This document shows, in pieces, positions 1 to 21,700 of a DNA stretch of 64,000 nucleotides (position 1 is the stretch's first letter; each line of letters starts with the position of its first letter). The notes under the pieces were generated by a model. That model saw only the letters and a list, made by a program, of their open reading frames with translations, was not told the origin of the DNA and ran no database searches. The DNA is taken from the NCBI GenBank assembly GCA_964035545.1, contig OZ037765.1, forward strand, positions 26,039,504-26,103,503, written 5' to 3'. This DNA is from Bugula neritina (lineage: Eukaryota > Animalia > Bryozoa). The position numbers and the translations under genes are program-made.

Positions 1-3000
1 TTGCAATGTTGGATTCTTCATCTTACAAGGTACCACAGAATCATCATCTCTAATCAAAATTAAAAAAAAACACATTTACAAACAGAAGAAACTTGTAAAA
101 CCTACAGTTAACCCAACTCTTGTACCAATAGTCTTGAAATTAGAATTTTACACAATGAGTTAAATAGTTGGACATGATATTCATCATAAGAAAAATCATT
201 GATTGAACACTTAAAAAGTTAAAACTGCAACTTCAAAGCAAGAAACTAACTCTGGTTGAGCAGACATGTCCATGGCATCAATCAGATTATCGACAGCATC
301 CAGCTGCTGCTGGGAAGGGGCACTCTTAGAGCTAGTCGAGGGCTCAACAGCAAGAGAGGGAAACTCCAACTCTCTCATATCCTCAATGAATGGTAACTCA
401 ATAAACACCAAATACTACAAGCAGAAAGTCATTTCACAAGTCATAATACAGTAAATAGTGTCAATAGCCTGAGAAGGCAATAACAAAAGAAGTTGCACGA
501 GTTGGTCAACCAAAACCTTCAGCCAATAGTTTCATTACACCTAAGTCAATAAGTGAATGAAATAATAAAAAATTAAGTAATTGAGATGCAGATCCATCTA
601 CCTCAACTTCAGCATCTGTAACAGGTATAAGGGCCCCAATGGTGGGGCTAGAGCGTGCACTGTATACTTTTCTTACTATCCCCACAGTTTCCGTTTCCTT
701 TAGAGCTGTACACAATGCTGACAAAGCAACAGCAGCTTCCTAGTAACACAATATGTTGCATTAGTCATCTTTTATCAATTACACGAACCAAGGAAATAAG
801 TGGAATAATGCTTGCTAAATTGCTATAATTTAGAGTCTAAATAATTACGCTGTGCACATGTGTGTTACATTGTACAAATATTGCTGACTATCGTATTTTC
901 ATCGTCTGAAAGTCCTTGCTAAGCAGAGAGCTACATTTAAATGACTCCATAACTAAATGCTATCATGCTGCGTTTTAACCTTCAAAGTAAAAGTTGGAAT
1001 TTTCTCAGAATACTCATGCTTAGTATTGTGTGTAGCAATACCTCATTATTTTTCTTGGCAGCAATCATCATGGTGTCTTTACCAGCAAAGTAATGCCTCT
1101 TAATATTTGAAGATTTTGTGAACCCGATAACACTGAACTCTCTCACATCACATTTGAACTTCATATTCGCCATATCATCATCAGTAAAAGGAACAAGATC
1201 CGTACCATACCGATATCCTGGAAATATTGGAATCACTAAATTACTTAACTAAACACTACACAAAAAGCCATGTGGTTTTATGGTATTAAATATATTTATA
1301 ATGGCCATTCCAAGTAATAGCAGATAATTGATCTTCTTGATAACTAAAACATGATACATATGCGTATTCACTATAATAAAGATCTTTAAGACGGGTGTTC
1401 AATGTATTCTCAAGTAGAAATCCTTCTTATAGTCTGTAGCATAATATATGTATAAGGATATTGTGTCAGCCTAATTCTAAACATTTTATCAACGAATATG
1501 AGCTGAAAGCAATATATGGGGAATTCCCAATGCTATTCTATTTCCCAAGTTCGAAGTTGCAATTATACAAGTTTAAATACATGCATAAACATAATACCAC
1601 CAAAATTATTGTAACCAACTAATGAATCTATTGAGTTTAAACTTTACATAAGCAATATAACATAACAATAGTAGGTTACCCTTAATAATATCTTCCTTGT
1701 CCACTTCTGTGTTAGTACCATCAGGTAAAAAGGTGTCAAATTTCTTTGTAATATCTTCATCTGGATTTCGAGCCGAGCATTTTTTAAAGGAAGGAAGGGA
1801 TTCCCGAGAAACCTAAAAGTATTATATATTCAAAAGTAAACTACACAGAGACTCTGATAGGGTATTTAACACAAACCATTATGTAAAAATAATAGCAGTA
1901 TATATTTTTGCAATATGTATATATAATTATGTTCATAATAGCTAGCTACCATTTTGTAACCAGAAATGGGAATTCGTAGTTTTTCTCCGATAATCAAGTC
2001 GGGACTCCAAGCAGTAGAGTTTTTCTGCTTATTTTCAAACACAGACACCGCAGCTAAGGCTTCTCTGCAAATAAGAAAGATAATAGTTAATAGGAACATT
2101 CAACGGCCAAAATATTAAATAACTAGATATATCTGTGTACATGCTTTAGTTTACACAACATTACCTAAAATCATAGGCACATCCGTCTAAAGTCTGTATA
2201 ATTTCCTGAGCAATTGACTCGCATTTTATTTGATTGTCTGTTTTCGCTTTAGAATGTCCCCCATTTGACGTGTTTAAGGCACCAGTAGAAGGTCCTGGTT
2301 GATTGTCATCTTCAACTGCTGCAGATGACAGATTTGGCCCACTATAAAAAACAACTCAGGTGACAGAACTTACAAAACGCAACATTGAAAATGAATCAAA
2401 TGCAAACAATAAATATTGTAACTGACAATGAAAGAGCAAACAACATTCCAGTTGGTAAACTCACACAAAATGAATCTCAATTTTGTTGTCTTTAAAGCCT
2501 TCAATGATATCTTTTATCTCCGCCAAATCTGTTGCAACAGGATTGTCTAGATTGGAAAACACCATTATTAACCTTCTGCCCTCACTAATCTTCTTCTTTT
2601 CCTTTTTGTCATTAATTGAACTGGCAAGTAAAAATGTTGAACACAATCACTACTAAATTATGTTTATGCAAGAGATAGTCTACTAGTCATATTACATCTA
2701 CTAGCTGTAGTGTCTTTACTAGTAACAGTGCCACTCTGCCGAAGATCACTACATTGGGAAACTTTCTTCATTTTATTGTGTAGAAAAAAAAACTAAGCTC
2801 ATGATAACTTCACAGCAACAGCATGCACTTTCTCTTTTATTATCAACTAATCAACTGAATAACTACTCACTTGATTTGATTGATTAGGTATGTTGAAGTC
2901 ACAATCAATGCATCCATAACTGAGAAAGAAGGTTAAAGAAAACACAATCATCTCTTAAGAAAAATGGCTTACATTAACTACATATACGCACACACCTTGA

Positions 3001-4001
3001 ATGTAATTTAAATGAAATGTGTAGTTAGTCGATAATCGTGCACTTCAAAGTATTATTTTGCAAAATTACATATGATAAAGAGTCTAATGCAACAGCAGCA
3101 AAAAAGATACAGTCTACTTCATGGTCAGTGGCTTGAATGGTATTCTGTATGTGACTGCACAGTCCCCAGTCAGCTTTTCTCAAGTCCCTTTCCATACTAA
3201 TGTGCTCATAATTATTACCAGATGCTAATTCATTTGCAGTGCCAGTTGACCCATAAGTAAATAAACACACTTTGTCATCCGACTCGCTAAATATCTAAAA
3301 TATAGAATATATGACTTCTTGGGCATTCGAACATTTGTGCACATGCCTAAACATACCATTCAATTATTTGTCTAGAGCAAAAGCATTTTGTTACTACAAA
3401 ACACACACTATGCAAGAACAATAAATAGAAAATGACACAAGCAGAGAGTAAATTAATAATTGAGTATAAAATATTTAGCTATAATACAAAGTTTGGTATC
3501 TGTTAAACACTGATTAATAAGAAGAGTCACCAAACCTTGCGCTGAACCAACATGCTTAAAATATTCTTTGATTTTTCCAGACACGAGTTTCCATCTTGAT
3601 CTGTGAAACCCATTGATGGCCCAACATCAAGAAGAAGACCCACTACGTCCTTTATTAAATGACAGAACAAAAATAGTTTAAAATATCAAGTAAACTGGTT
3701 TTTAATAGAATAAAATTAAGGCCAGACAAAAATCTATAAAAGTTTCAATCAAATAATGAAATATAAGTTAAAGTATAAGTATAATTTCAACTATTACTAT
3801 AACCATTGTAATTGTCTATTTACTAATACTAATAGTAATACTAATACTATTAATATTAAGTATTACTATTACTATTAGTTAAGTATTACTATTAGCATTA
3901 CTATTAGTATAAGTTATTACTAATAGTAATACTAATAGTAATAGTATTAGTATTACTATCAGTATCAGTATTAGACTCAGTATAACAAAACGACTCACCA
4001 T
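1..4001 (-). CDS. XRCC5: Ku80 (X-ray repair cross-complementing protein 5), multi-exon, 3' part beyond left window edge
   Basis: Exons spell M|DVVGLLLDVGPSMG...LVQRK (ATG-only exon 4001-3999 then GTGAGT; exon 3649-3536), IFSESDDKVCLFTYGSTGTANEL...EVDF|MDALIV, GYRYGTDLVPF, FSVIGFT, VGIVRKVY, FIELPFIEDMRELEFPSL, PSQQQLDAVDNLIDAMDM, KMKNPTLQ: vWA and beta-barrel motifs of Ku80. About 12 exons in window. Confidence 0.95.
2920..3110 (-). other. U12-type (minor spliceosome) GT-AG intron in XRCC5
   Basis: Donor GTATCTTTTT; branch site TTCTTTAAC (2940-2932) about 13 nt before the CAG acceptor; splicing restores ...EVD-F-MDALIV. Confidence 0.85.
3760..3985. repeat. 6-bp periodic (AST-NNN)n tract in XRCC5 intron 1
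   Basis: ACTAAT AGTAAT ACTAAT ACTATT ... AGTATT ACTATC AGTATC AGTATT. Confidence 0.85.
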
Positions 4002-4049
4002 CCTTATTTATTAAAGTCTTTTACTTATCATCAATCTTATATTTCTAAA

Positions 4050-4440
4050 AAATAAATCATCACAGCTGACTGCAGGCCAATAACTAGTTTAGGATACTAG
4101 AGAAATGAGTTTGAATTCGAGTTCAAACCAATAGCAATACTCATCTGCAAGAGTGGGTATAGCATACCACAGTTTGTTATAAGGAGCCCCGAGTAGGAGG
4201 TGACTGAGTGCAATAGTTTAAGATTCTTAGTTTTAGAGCTGGAGGTCTAGGTTAGAACGTCAAATCTCAACTTAAACTTGAGACTCGAAGCTAGTGCACT
4301 CAGTACCCCCAACTTGGAGCTCTTTATAGCAAACGTCTTGTAATTTTATTGCCAGGGCGCCAAAGGGACAGATATAGCGAGTATAGATCACGTTGGTTTT
4401 TGCATTCCATCACAACGCCAATCACCATCGGGCGGTATGT
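4050..4440. promoter_or_regulatory. Bidirectional promoter XRCC5/PASK
   Basis: Lies between divergent genes and is locally GC/CpG-richer. E2F-like TTTGGCGCC (4356-4364, -), CCAAT (4128, 4418), TTTGAA/TTCAAA near-palindrome (4109-4128), + strand donor GGCG|GTATGT at 4435. Confidence 0.65.
4172..4334. mobile_element. Degenerate MITE-like inverted-repeat element
   Basis: About 48-bp imperfect inverted repeats: GTTTGTTATAAGGAGCCCCGAGTAGGAGGTGACTGAGTGCAATAG vs reverse complement of right arm GTTTGCTATAAAGAGCTCCAAGTTGGGGGTACTGAGTGCACTAG. No clear TSD. Confidence 0.55.
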
Positions 4441-4609
4441 TTCAATAATTTTAATTTATTTTTTCGCAAAGAGAACGTGATGTAGGCTTTTGGTTTTAGT
4501 TTTGCCTCTAGTTGTAGTTATCCATTTGATCTTGAAGTTATTTACTTGGTTTTAATGTTTATATCTACATAAGAAAATTTTCAAATATTATCATTTTGAT
4601 TCAATGATT

Positions 4610-5400
4610 GCGTCTCAGTCTAACACTCTTACTCATACTCATAGTCATAGTCTTAGTCTTACTCTTAGTCTTAGTCTTACTCTAACTCTTAGTCTTACCA
4701 ACACTAATAGTTATACTAATAGTAATAGTAATACTAATAGTATGACTATGAGTAATTGACTTACATTAACAGTAGTGAAACTGAGTAACACTTACACTTA
4801 CAGTTACACTAACTCTAAGTATAGCACTATCTGACTATGACTATCACTATGACCATCACCATCACTATGAGGATGACTACGACTAACAAGTAATAGGTAA
4901 CAGTAAGACTAAGTGTAACACACTTAGACTTACACTTACAGCGTGAGTGTCAGTGTGAGTATTACTAGTAACTAGCATTATCACCATGAGTATGATTATC
5001 ATTATGACTATGAGTACGAATCATTATCATAGTCTATGAACTATGAGTATCAGATTCAGTATGCTGTATGAGTAGTCAGTACGTTTATCACTATCAGTAC
5101 CACTATCAGTATGAGTATCACTATTGCTATGAGTATCAGCATGAGTTTCACTATGACTATGGGTATCACTATCAGTATCTGTATCATATGTGAGATGACT
5201 CTGAGTAGCAGTAACACTTACACTAACAGTAAGTGAGTAACTGCTAGTGGCTGATCGAAAATTATAAATTAAAATTGAATTAAAAACATCGTAAGCAATG
5301 ATCATAAATCTAAATGATAACGATGATCATTATGATTGTTATGCTTATAGTTAATGTTATACTATTTTATTCATTTACTCACTCTTAGTATAAGTAATAA
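4610..5400. repeat. 6-bp periodic (AST-NNN)n tract in PASK 5' intron
   Basis: ACTCTT ACTCAT ACTCAT AGTCAT AGTCTT AGTCTT ... ACTATG ACTATC ... AGTATG AGTATC; the longest tract in the window. Confidence 0.9.
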
Positions 5401-6036
5401 TATTTAATAGTATAACAAATACAAGTGTGTTAATGATGATTGCAATGACCAAAGTCAAAGTGAAATGTATAATTGAATATTTAGATTTTTAATAATAATA
5501 GGCATCAATAGTAATACAATAGGAATATGATTAAATCAGTAATATTCACATAGATACTTGTGTCTTCTTTATTAAAATTACATTATTACTCAAATTACTG
5601 TGTTTGTGACAATAATAATAATATAATATTCATAAACATAATGGTAAAAACCACAATGACAATGAGTTTTCTGGCAATGAGAATTATACTCATAATTGTA
5701 GGAATCTAAAATGTGCCATCACCAGTTGTAAAAGGCAGCAAAATATTGTTGATTAACATTTTAAAACTACGAATATAGTTTGAATAGACTATACACTGTG
5801 TGCTAAAATGTGAATAATTAAGGAACTAAATGCATTATGAGGGCACCAAGTGTTTTTATCCTCGGATGTATCATCATATATTTAAATTCCTATTTTATTA
5901 ACTAAATATTCTTACACTTTGGTAGGAATCGAGAATTATTCTAGTTCTGTGTTTTTATGTATTTCTATTTTAAATTGTTTTAATGTTTTTCTTATTGGTG
6001 TTACAGTATTGAGCAGCTTTAGATACATGCATTAGA

Positions 6037-15151
<9,115 letters not shown>

Positions 15152-15733
15152 TTGATCTAGCCAGCTGCGCCCAAGCTTCTTCATAATACTACATGCATAT
15201 TATTTTATTATGGACTTACTACATGCCTTCATATATTGGGAGTAACTGATATTAGCTTTTGGAACTTATAGTAAATTATTAATCGAAACCGCCCATTTCT
15301 GAATCTGTTCATACTATAAATTATGTAAATATTCAATCTCTTTTTACATCATTTTTGTACAATGAATTTTCAAAAACAAATGCCTCTACTGTTCAAAAAC
15401 CAATATTTTAGTTGACCAATATTCTTGCTAAAGAGTTATCATTAGTTTTTTTAATGCGGAGATTAATGCATATCCATGATTTGCCATAAGTGGAAAGCAG
15501 CATAGTTTGCGTATAAATATACACAGTTTATCGAATTTATTATGAAATCCAATTATTCTATACAAAAATATGATGCGGTTTTACATATATCTTTTTGTGA
15601 TTATTGTTATTGGCTTGTCATATGTATGCTCAATAAAGTATGTTACATGATGTGTTAACACAACTTGACTGTAGCACAACATAGAGCATGTGTTGTTTTT
15701 CTTGAAGTTGTATACAATTTTTAGCCATTCATT

Positions 15734-18700
15734 CTAAGAGCTGATAAAATCAAAAGAACTCCTATGGTTTTGTGGACTGTCTTGTTTTTGGTCCAAAACT
15801 GGGTCATACCTCATAAATTCTCTAAATACAGCATCTGTTTTTTCATCTATGCTATAATCTCTCTTGTTCTCTCTGCTTTTGCTTCGGCTAAAATTTGCAT
15901 TGAGTAACTTAAAAAACACTCCTTGCTTAAGGCGCTTTGAGTTAGCAGGATTACCATCAAATGGCTGACTAGACACACAATTGGAATCTGTTGTGGGATA
16001 TTCGGCTGATTGCCAACTGCTTCCTTGAGGTCGTCTGTGGCAATTCTGAAAATCTTGGCGTTTTCTAGCAGCTGTTTTTAGTGCATAGTCTGTTGGCGTT
16101 TCAGTAAGTGTTTCAATATTTAGCGAGTCAAACGCCAACCCAAGAGTGGTAGTGGATGGGACAGTGTGAAGCTTGCTGTCCGAATCGGTGGTGGTGGATG
16201 ATTCGAATGAGGTAGTCACTTCCACCCGACTGGACTCTGATGACTGAGCACCTTCCGTGGTTATAGTATCAAAGCTATCGAAACTCTTCTCATTACTGCT
16301 GTTGGCATCTAGGTGACTCCTATTCCTTGTCTTCAAAATTCTTTGAAAATTCTGTCTTCTGGCAGTATAACTTTTCTCAGGAGGTTGAAGAAAATCCCTC
16401 ACTAGCATACTTTCATCTGCAAAATTTAAAAGAAAACACCTCAGCAACTATAGCTTTAGCGGTATTTATTGACATTTTACTCAGAAATAAAGCTATTGAC
16501 CATTTTCAGCTATAACATTAAGCAAAAATTAGAATAAGTTCAGTAGAATTTGCTCGTATATACTGGAACTGAAATATTGTACGTATTTTAATCATCTTTC
16601 CTTTCAGTACACTTTACTGGCTATTAGTCAGAATTTCTGAAAAAAAATTTGAACTTATAAAAAACTACAATATTATATAGTTTTATTACACAACTTAAAT
16701 TATAGTGCTTTAATATCCTCCAGTTAATTCACCTGATCTGTAGTTTTTGGTGTGGGGCATTATTTTTCAAGTATCATCAGAAGTACATTTCTCGACAAAA
16801 TTATTATTTACACATTTTCAAAACTATTATGCTGAACTGAGCTATAAATCATAGGTACCTGAAATAAAATATATAGACCACAAAAAAGCTCTTGCTAGAA
16901 TTTTGAAATGAAACTTCTAATTTAGTTGCTTTTTTGCAAAACAATACAACCAAGAAAAATATATTGACTGACCTGGCCAACGGGTTTTGCAATGACCATT
17001 TGTAAAATTGTGAAGATCTGATGAAACTGAACTAAATGCACCAATCCTTTCACCCTTTTCTGTTCTTTCAGCATCCAGCGTTGTACAGAGTACAGCTTTC
17101 TCATGTTCTTTCCTTCTTTGCTACAGCAAGTAAGATAGCTAAACACTATAATAGTCACATAATATAGCATGCATTCTGTAAAAATAGAAAAATGTAACTG
17201 TCCAAGAAACTTATTTGCTTTACTCAATAATCCTAGTTTTGTAGCATCACTATAGGACACCAAAGCTACAACAATTTTATTAGAAAATCATCTAACAGTT
17301 TATACTATAATAAAAAATTAGATAATTCCACAGCTTAGTTGAAGAGTTCTTTTTTTAACTTTGCACAGATAAATTCCTTTCAAAATATAAATTTAGTCAA
17401 GAAAATATGTGATACTTCTGCAATTTAATGAAGAAGCTTAATAAAGGATGACAAATAAGCCAGCATGAAAAAATACAAGTCTAACCTCTAATCGGCTACT
17501 AGTTGGAATATTTCACAGCTGACATATTTTAATAAATTTACAAACCTCATTTTGAATCTCATCAAGTTCCTCATTACTCTGTAAGCTCGCTCTGAGTTTC
17601 CAAATAGCTAGCTCACTTTTACTATTGCAAGTTGGTTGGCCATCAGGAGGAATGCCGGCAGTGTTTGGTGATCTGCTCTTTGGGCTATAACCTGTTACTG
17701 GCTCTTCTGTCAACACATATTAAATAAATTTAAATTAGTTTGTGGAACCATTTAATTTGTCTCTTTGTTTAGAGTGTGGCTAGAATGTTCCCATTTGAAA
17801 AAAACAAATGGTATTGAGCACCTTCAAAATCATTAAGCCTGCACCTATCTCAAAACTACTTTGTTTATTGGTTGAGTTGAGGCGACAGTATAAATGCTCC
17901 AAATTATGCATTTAAATTATAACAGCCTTTGTATAATAATATTAAACTAGTTTAAAGTTTAATTTTATGTATAAAATACACGTATGCATCGTTTATAAAT
18001 AGATTGCTTATTAGAAATGCCAAAGTTGATCACTATTAGGCTACAAATTAAACCATAAAAAAATCAGAATTGGCCCTCAGCAAAAAACTTTTCTAAAACT
18101 ACATTTGGACTACCGGCATTTAAATTAATTTTTGCAATAAAATAATCTATTCAGGTCCTTAAAACTGTAAACTCTGTTTATGACCATTTAATTTCTGACT
18201 TGTCAGACATGTATTAGGCTATAGCTCACTGATGTGAAACTTTCTTGAGCCAAATAATGATGAAGTTATACACAGTGCTCACCTGACGGATGGAGGAAGT
18301 GCTTCCAGGTGGTTTCATATTGACTTGCTGTTGCAGGTGGTAACAAATCTATATCATGAGTCATGCTGGGGTAATTAGCAAACCTAAATAGTATACCATA
18401 GAGTGTGTGTACATAATATATAGGCTACAGTGGAAAGGTGCAAGTGTAATGTTGCATATACATGTGAAATAAAACCACTTTAATTTTTCTAGCCAGCTAG
18501 CTGACTTTCCAGCTAGCTGGCTTTTCTAGCTAGATTTTTCTAAAAGCAATATTTTAAAATAAATTTGAGAAAGGGGAAAGTTTTATGTACTATAAAAAGC
18601 ATTTAGAAGGCATAGTAAGCAACGTTTATTAAAGCTTTTTTAAAGCCAAATTTGGAATGCATACAAACAAATAAAAAAAAACTCACGCAAGTTAATACTC

Positions 18701-21700
18701 GCTATCCCTGTGAGAAAACCCCTGATAAAAAGGGTTTTTGCTAAAGCGGGCTAAGGACATTTAAATGAGGCACAGGAGCAATTATGACTGGATGCTCTTC
18801 CTAACAACACCAATGGCCTTTGTCAGGCTCGAACCCATGACCTCGTGTTTACTAGGCAAACGCTCTAACCCCTAGACCACGGCTGCATACAAACAAATAC
18901 ATTTACGTTATATAAGATTGATAACATTGAGGAAATCTATGAGCAGATAATAGAAAGACTATAGAGCGGTTTTAACAGCTGCAATACATTTTTAATTATT
19001 AATATTATTATAAACATAAGCTAAAAAATTAGATGTTTTTGTGGTTAAAAGAGAAAGAATATCTTTAAAGTTTAAAAATAATTATGTCACCTAATATATT
19101 TTCAAATGGAGTTGGTGACAGTTTATAAGCATCAGACATATACTGAGCTTCATGATTATCTAATATTTGTTTCTAAGTAACAGAATAAACAGATTAGAAA
19201 TGACAGTCATCGATTCCGTTAGTTTTTGACTGTCCTATATATTGACCTCTACATCAATGGATTGTAAGATTCACACATACACATAAGGAGCATGCTCAAG
19301 TCTCAACACAAAAACTAAAACTTCTGAAACTAATTCCAACAAGGAACTTCATATAACTCTACCCGTCATCTGCCAGTATAGTTGTTTGTCTTCGAAGGGT
19401 CTGAGTTGTAGAGGCCGGGTCATCGTCCTGACTTTTAATTAATCTCACACATTTTTCTTTTGCTAAATGATCAAGCAGCTCTGTTTGTGTGGACTGCCTC
19501 CGTTTTGGCACGGGCCTATAAAAGCAAATATACCAATTGTGTATAACAAATATCTGGTGCAAAAGTTTTAAAATGTTGTATTCAGCATTAAAAACAGAAG
19601 CTTATAATTTACTCTCCTGTAACCTATATCTAACTTTATTTACTTGAATATTAAAAAAAAATTATATTCTATAAAAAAATTATAACATTACCTTCTAAAT
19701 ATTTACAAACATTAGGTAACGTAAAGATTAGTGAATTAAGACTATCTGCAGTTCATCCCAACTTAAATAGGTCTGAGTAATAGAACCAACCACTTGGTAC
19801 AGATTTCATACATAAATATTTACCTGAATGCAGAGAGAAAGGCTCGACTGGGCTGACAGTGTTGCTCTTCCTGACTAGCAGCACGCCTAGTTGACTCTGT
19901 CAACATTCTCACTTCACATGGAGTGTTGGCATCAATGACTAGATAAATAACAAAAAGCATGCTATGAAACTATGCTTATAAAATACTTTTACTGGTTTTG
20001 CCTTACCGTCCTTACAATTTACATTACAATATGTTTTTAACAAAATTAATTTTTATATCAACATAACAAGAAATTAATGAGTCAATGTTTTCAGGTTACT
20101 GGTGCCATTTGCTTAATTTTCCTGATAACATGCTGATTAAAATTTTATCAAGAAAGTAAGAAAGCCTAGCTGAATGTGTATGATGCAACGTTCATTGTCA
20201 GTAACACTTCATGCATGCGATTAGCTTGACATTTTCACGGTCTCTTAAATGCAGATTGTACTCTCTACCCATGGGACAGCATCAGCTATTGTTCACCTTC
20301 CTCTTTATGTACTGTTACTATTGACTGGCGTTTACATTTCTTAGAATAACACAGGCTATATATACTCAATTAGATTCATTCGAACTTCTGTTAGTCATAG
20401 TTATAACTTACCAGTAACTTCTGATCTGTTATCAGTGCACATGCTACTGTCCAATGAGCTTGGTAAAGGTTTTCTGCTGTTATTAAAAACAGCAATGTTA
20501 GCCTTAGAAGAGGTTCGTGATGATCTCATTCCATTCTGAGATGAGAGTGACTCCCTCTCTAAGCGCCATCTGCAAGTAGATAAATATTTTACTGAGGCGG
20601 TTTTCCAGTAAAGGCAAATTAATGAGCGATAACAGAACAGGTAACATAGTATGACATGTTATATACCTATGTCATGTGACATAATATGACATGCGACAAT
20701 GTCCCTAAACTTGGTCATCAAATTATTTTGATTGTACATGTACTAAAGGGCTGAGGCCTATTGCTTTTTCCAGTTACATAAAGTTTGGATGAACTGCTTT
20801 GTTTTAGGGTTTACTTCAGCAGAAAGCACATACTAGTGTTAATTGCTTTTAAGATGTCTCTACATAGTTATTGCATCTGATATGATGGGTTTAAGTTCAA
20901 GTAAATATGGTCTTATAGTTACATAAGTTTGATTATATACCTGGTTGATTGCACATGAGTTTAATTACAGTATATGCAACTCAATGTAGTTACCTTGGAT
21001 CGATGTAAAATACCTACATAAAGAAAACTCTATAAGCTAAAGTGAAAAAGATATATTTTGTGCCATTTAAGCGGTTGATCAAAGGGATCACCATGTTTTG
21101 AAATAGATGTCCTTTTTTTACCCAAATGCAGGAGTTAATGGAGAGTGAGAGCTAATCGAAATGGACTGCAATGTTGATTAATAATTTATGACAAATTCAT
21201 TAAACCTACAAAATGCACAGATGCATAATTAATATACACACTACGAAAGTTCTAGGTTGAGCAAGTACTTTGCATTGAATATAGGTAGTTATAAACCTAA
21301 AGTCAATTATATTTTATCTGTTAGTTTTAGACTCATAAAATTGTATAGCGAGCAAGAAGGTCTCATCTGATTTGGAATTAGGTTATATCTCATAATTTAT
21401 TCAACTCGGGTTTAATACACTGCTCGTAAACTCAATTATATCTAATAAACTCACTATCACTAGGTTATATATTACGCCCACTCTTATGAGTATCAGCAAA
21501 ATTCATCGTTTATATAATAAAAGGCATTGATTTCTTAAAAATAACCAGTTATTGTATTTTTAAAGGTTATAAACCTTGTTGTGAAGTCAGTGACTGCAAC
21601 GGCCAAGCCCTAGTTTCACAGATAATATCAGAAAATTACAGTAGGATGATCTCAGCTGACTTACTGGCTGGGAGAATTGCACTGCACGCTACTTCCTGTC

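Noticed and set aside
5027-5305. Ser/Thr/Asp/His-rich ORF (similar ones at 42159-42356 and 52855-53049)
   Set aside because: Dipeptide pattern follows from the 6-bp periodic tract; stops are frequent elsewhere in the tracts and no splice context supports coding.
18810-18883. tRNA gene
   Set aside because: No proper acceptor stem; it continues into a repeated body with a TSD, so it is a SINE head.
20994-21205. Extra CBARP exon candidates
   Set aside because: They introduce a stop or frameshift; flanking exons already join in phase.
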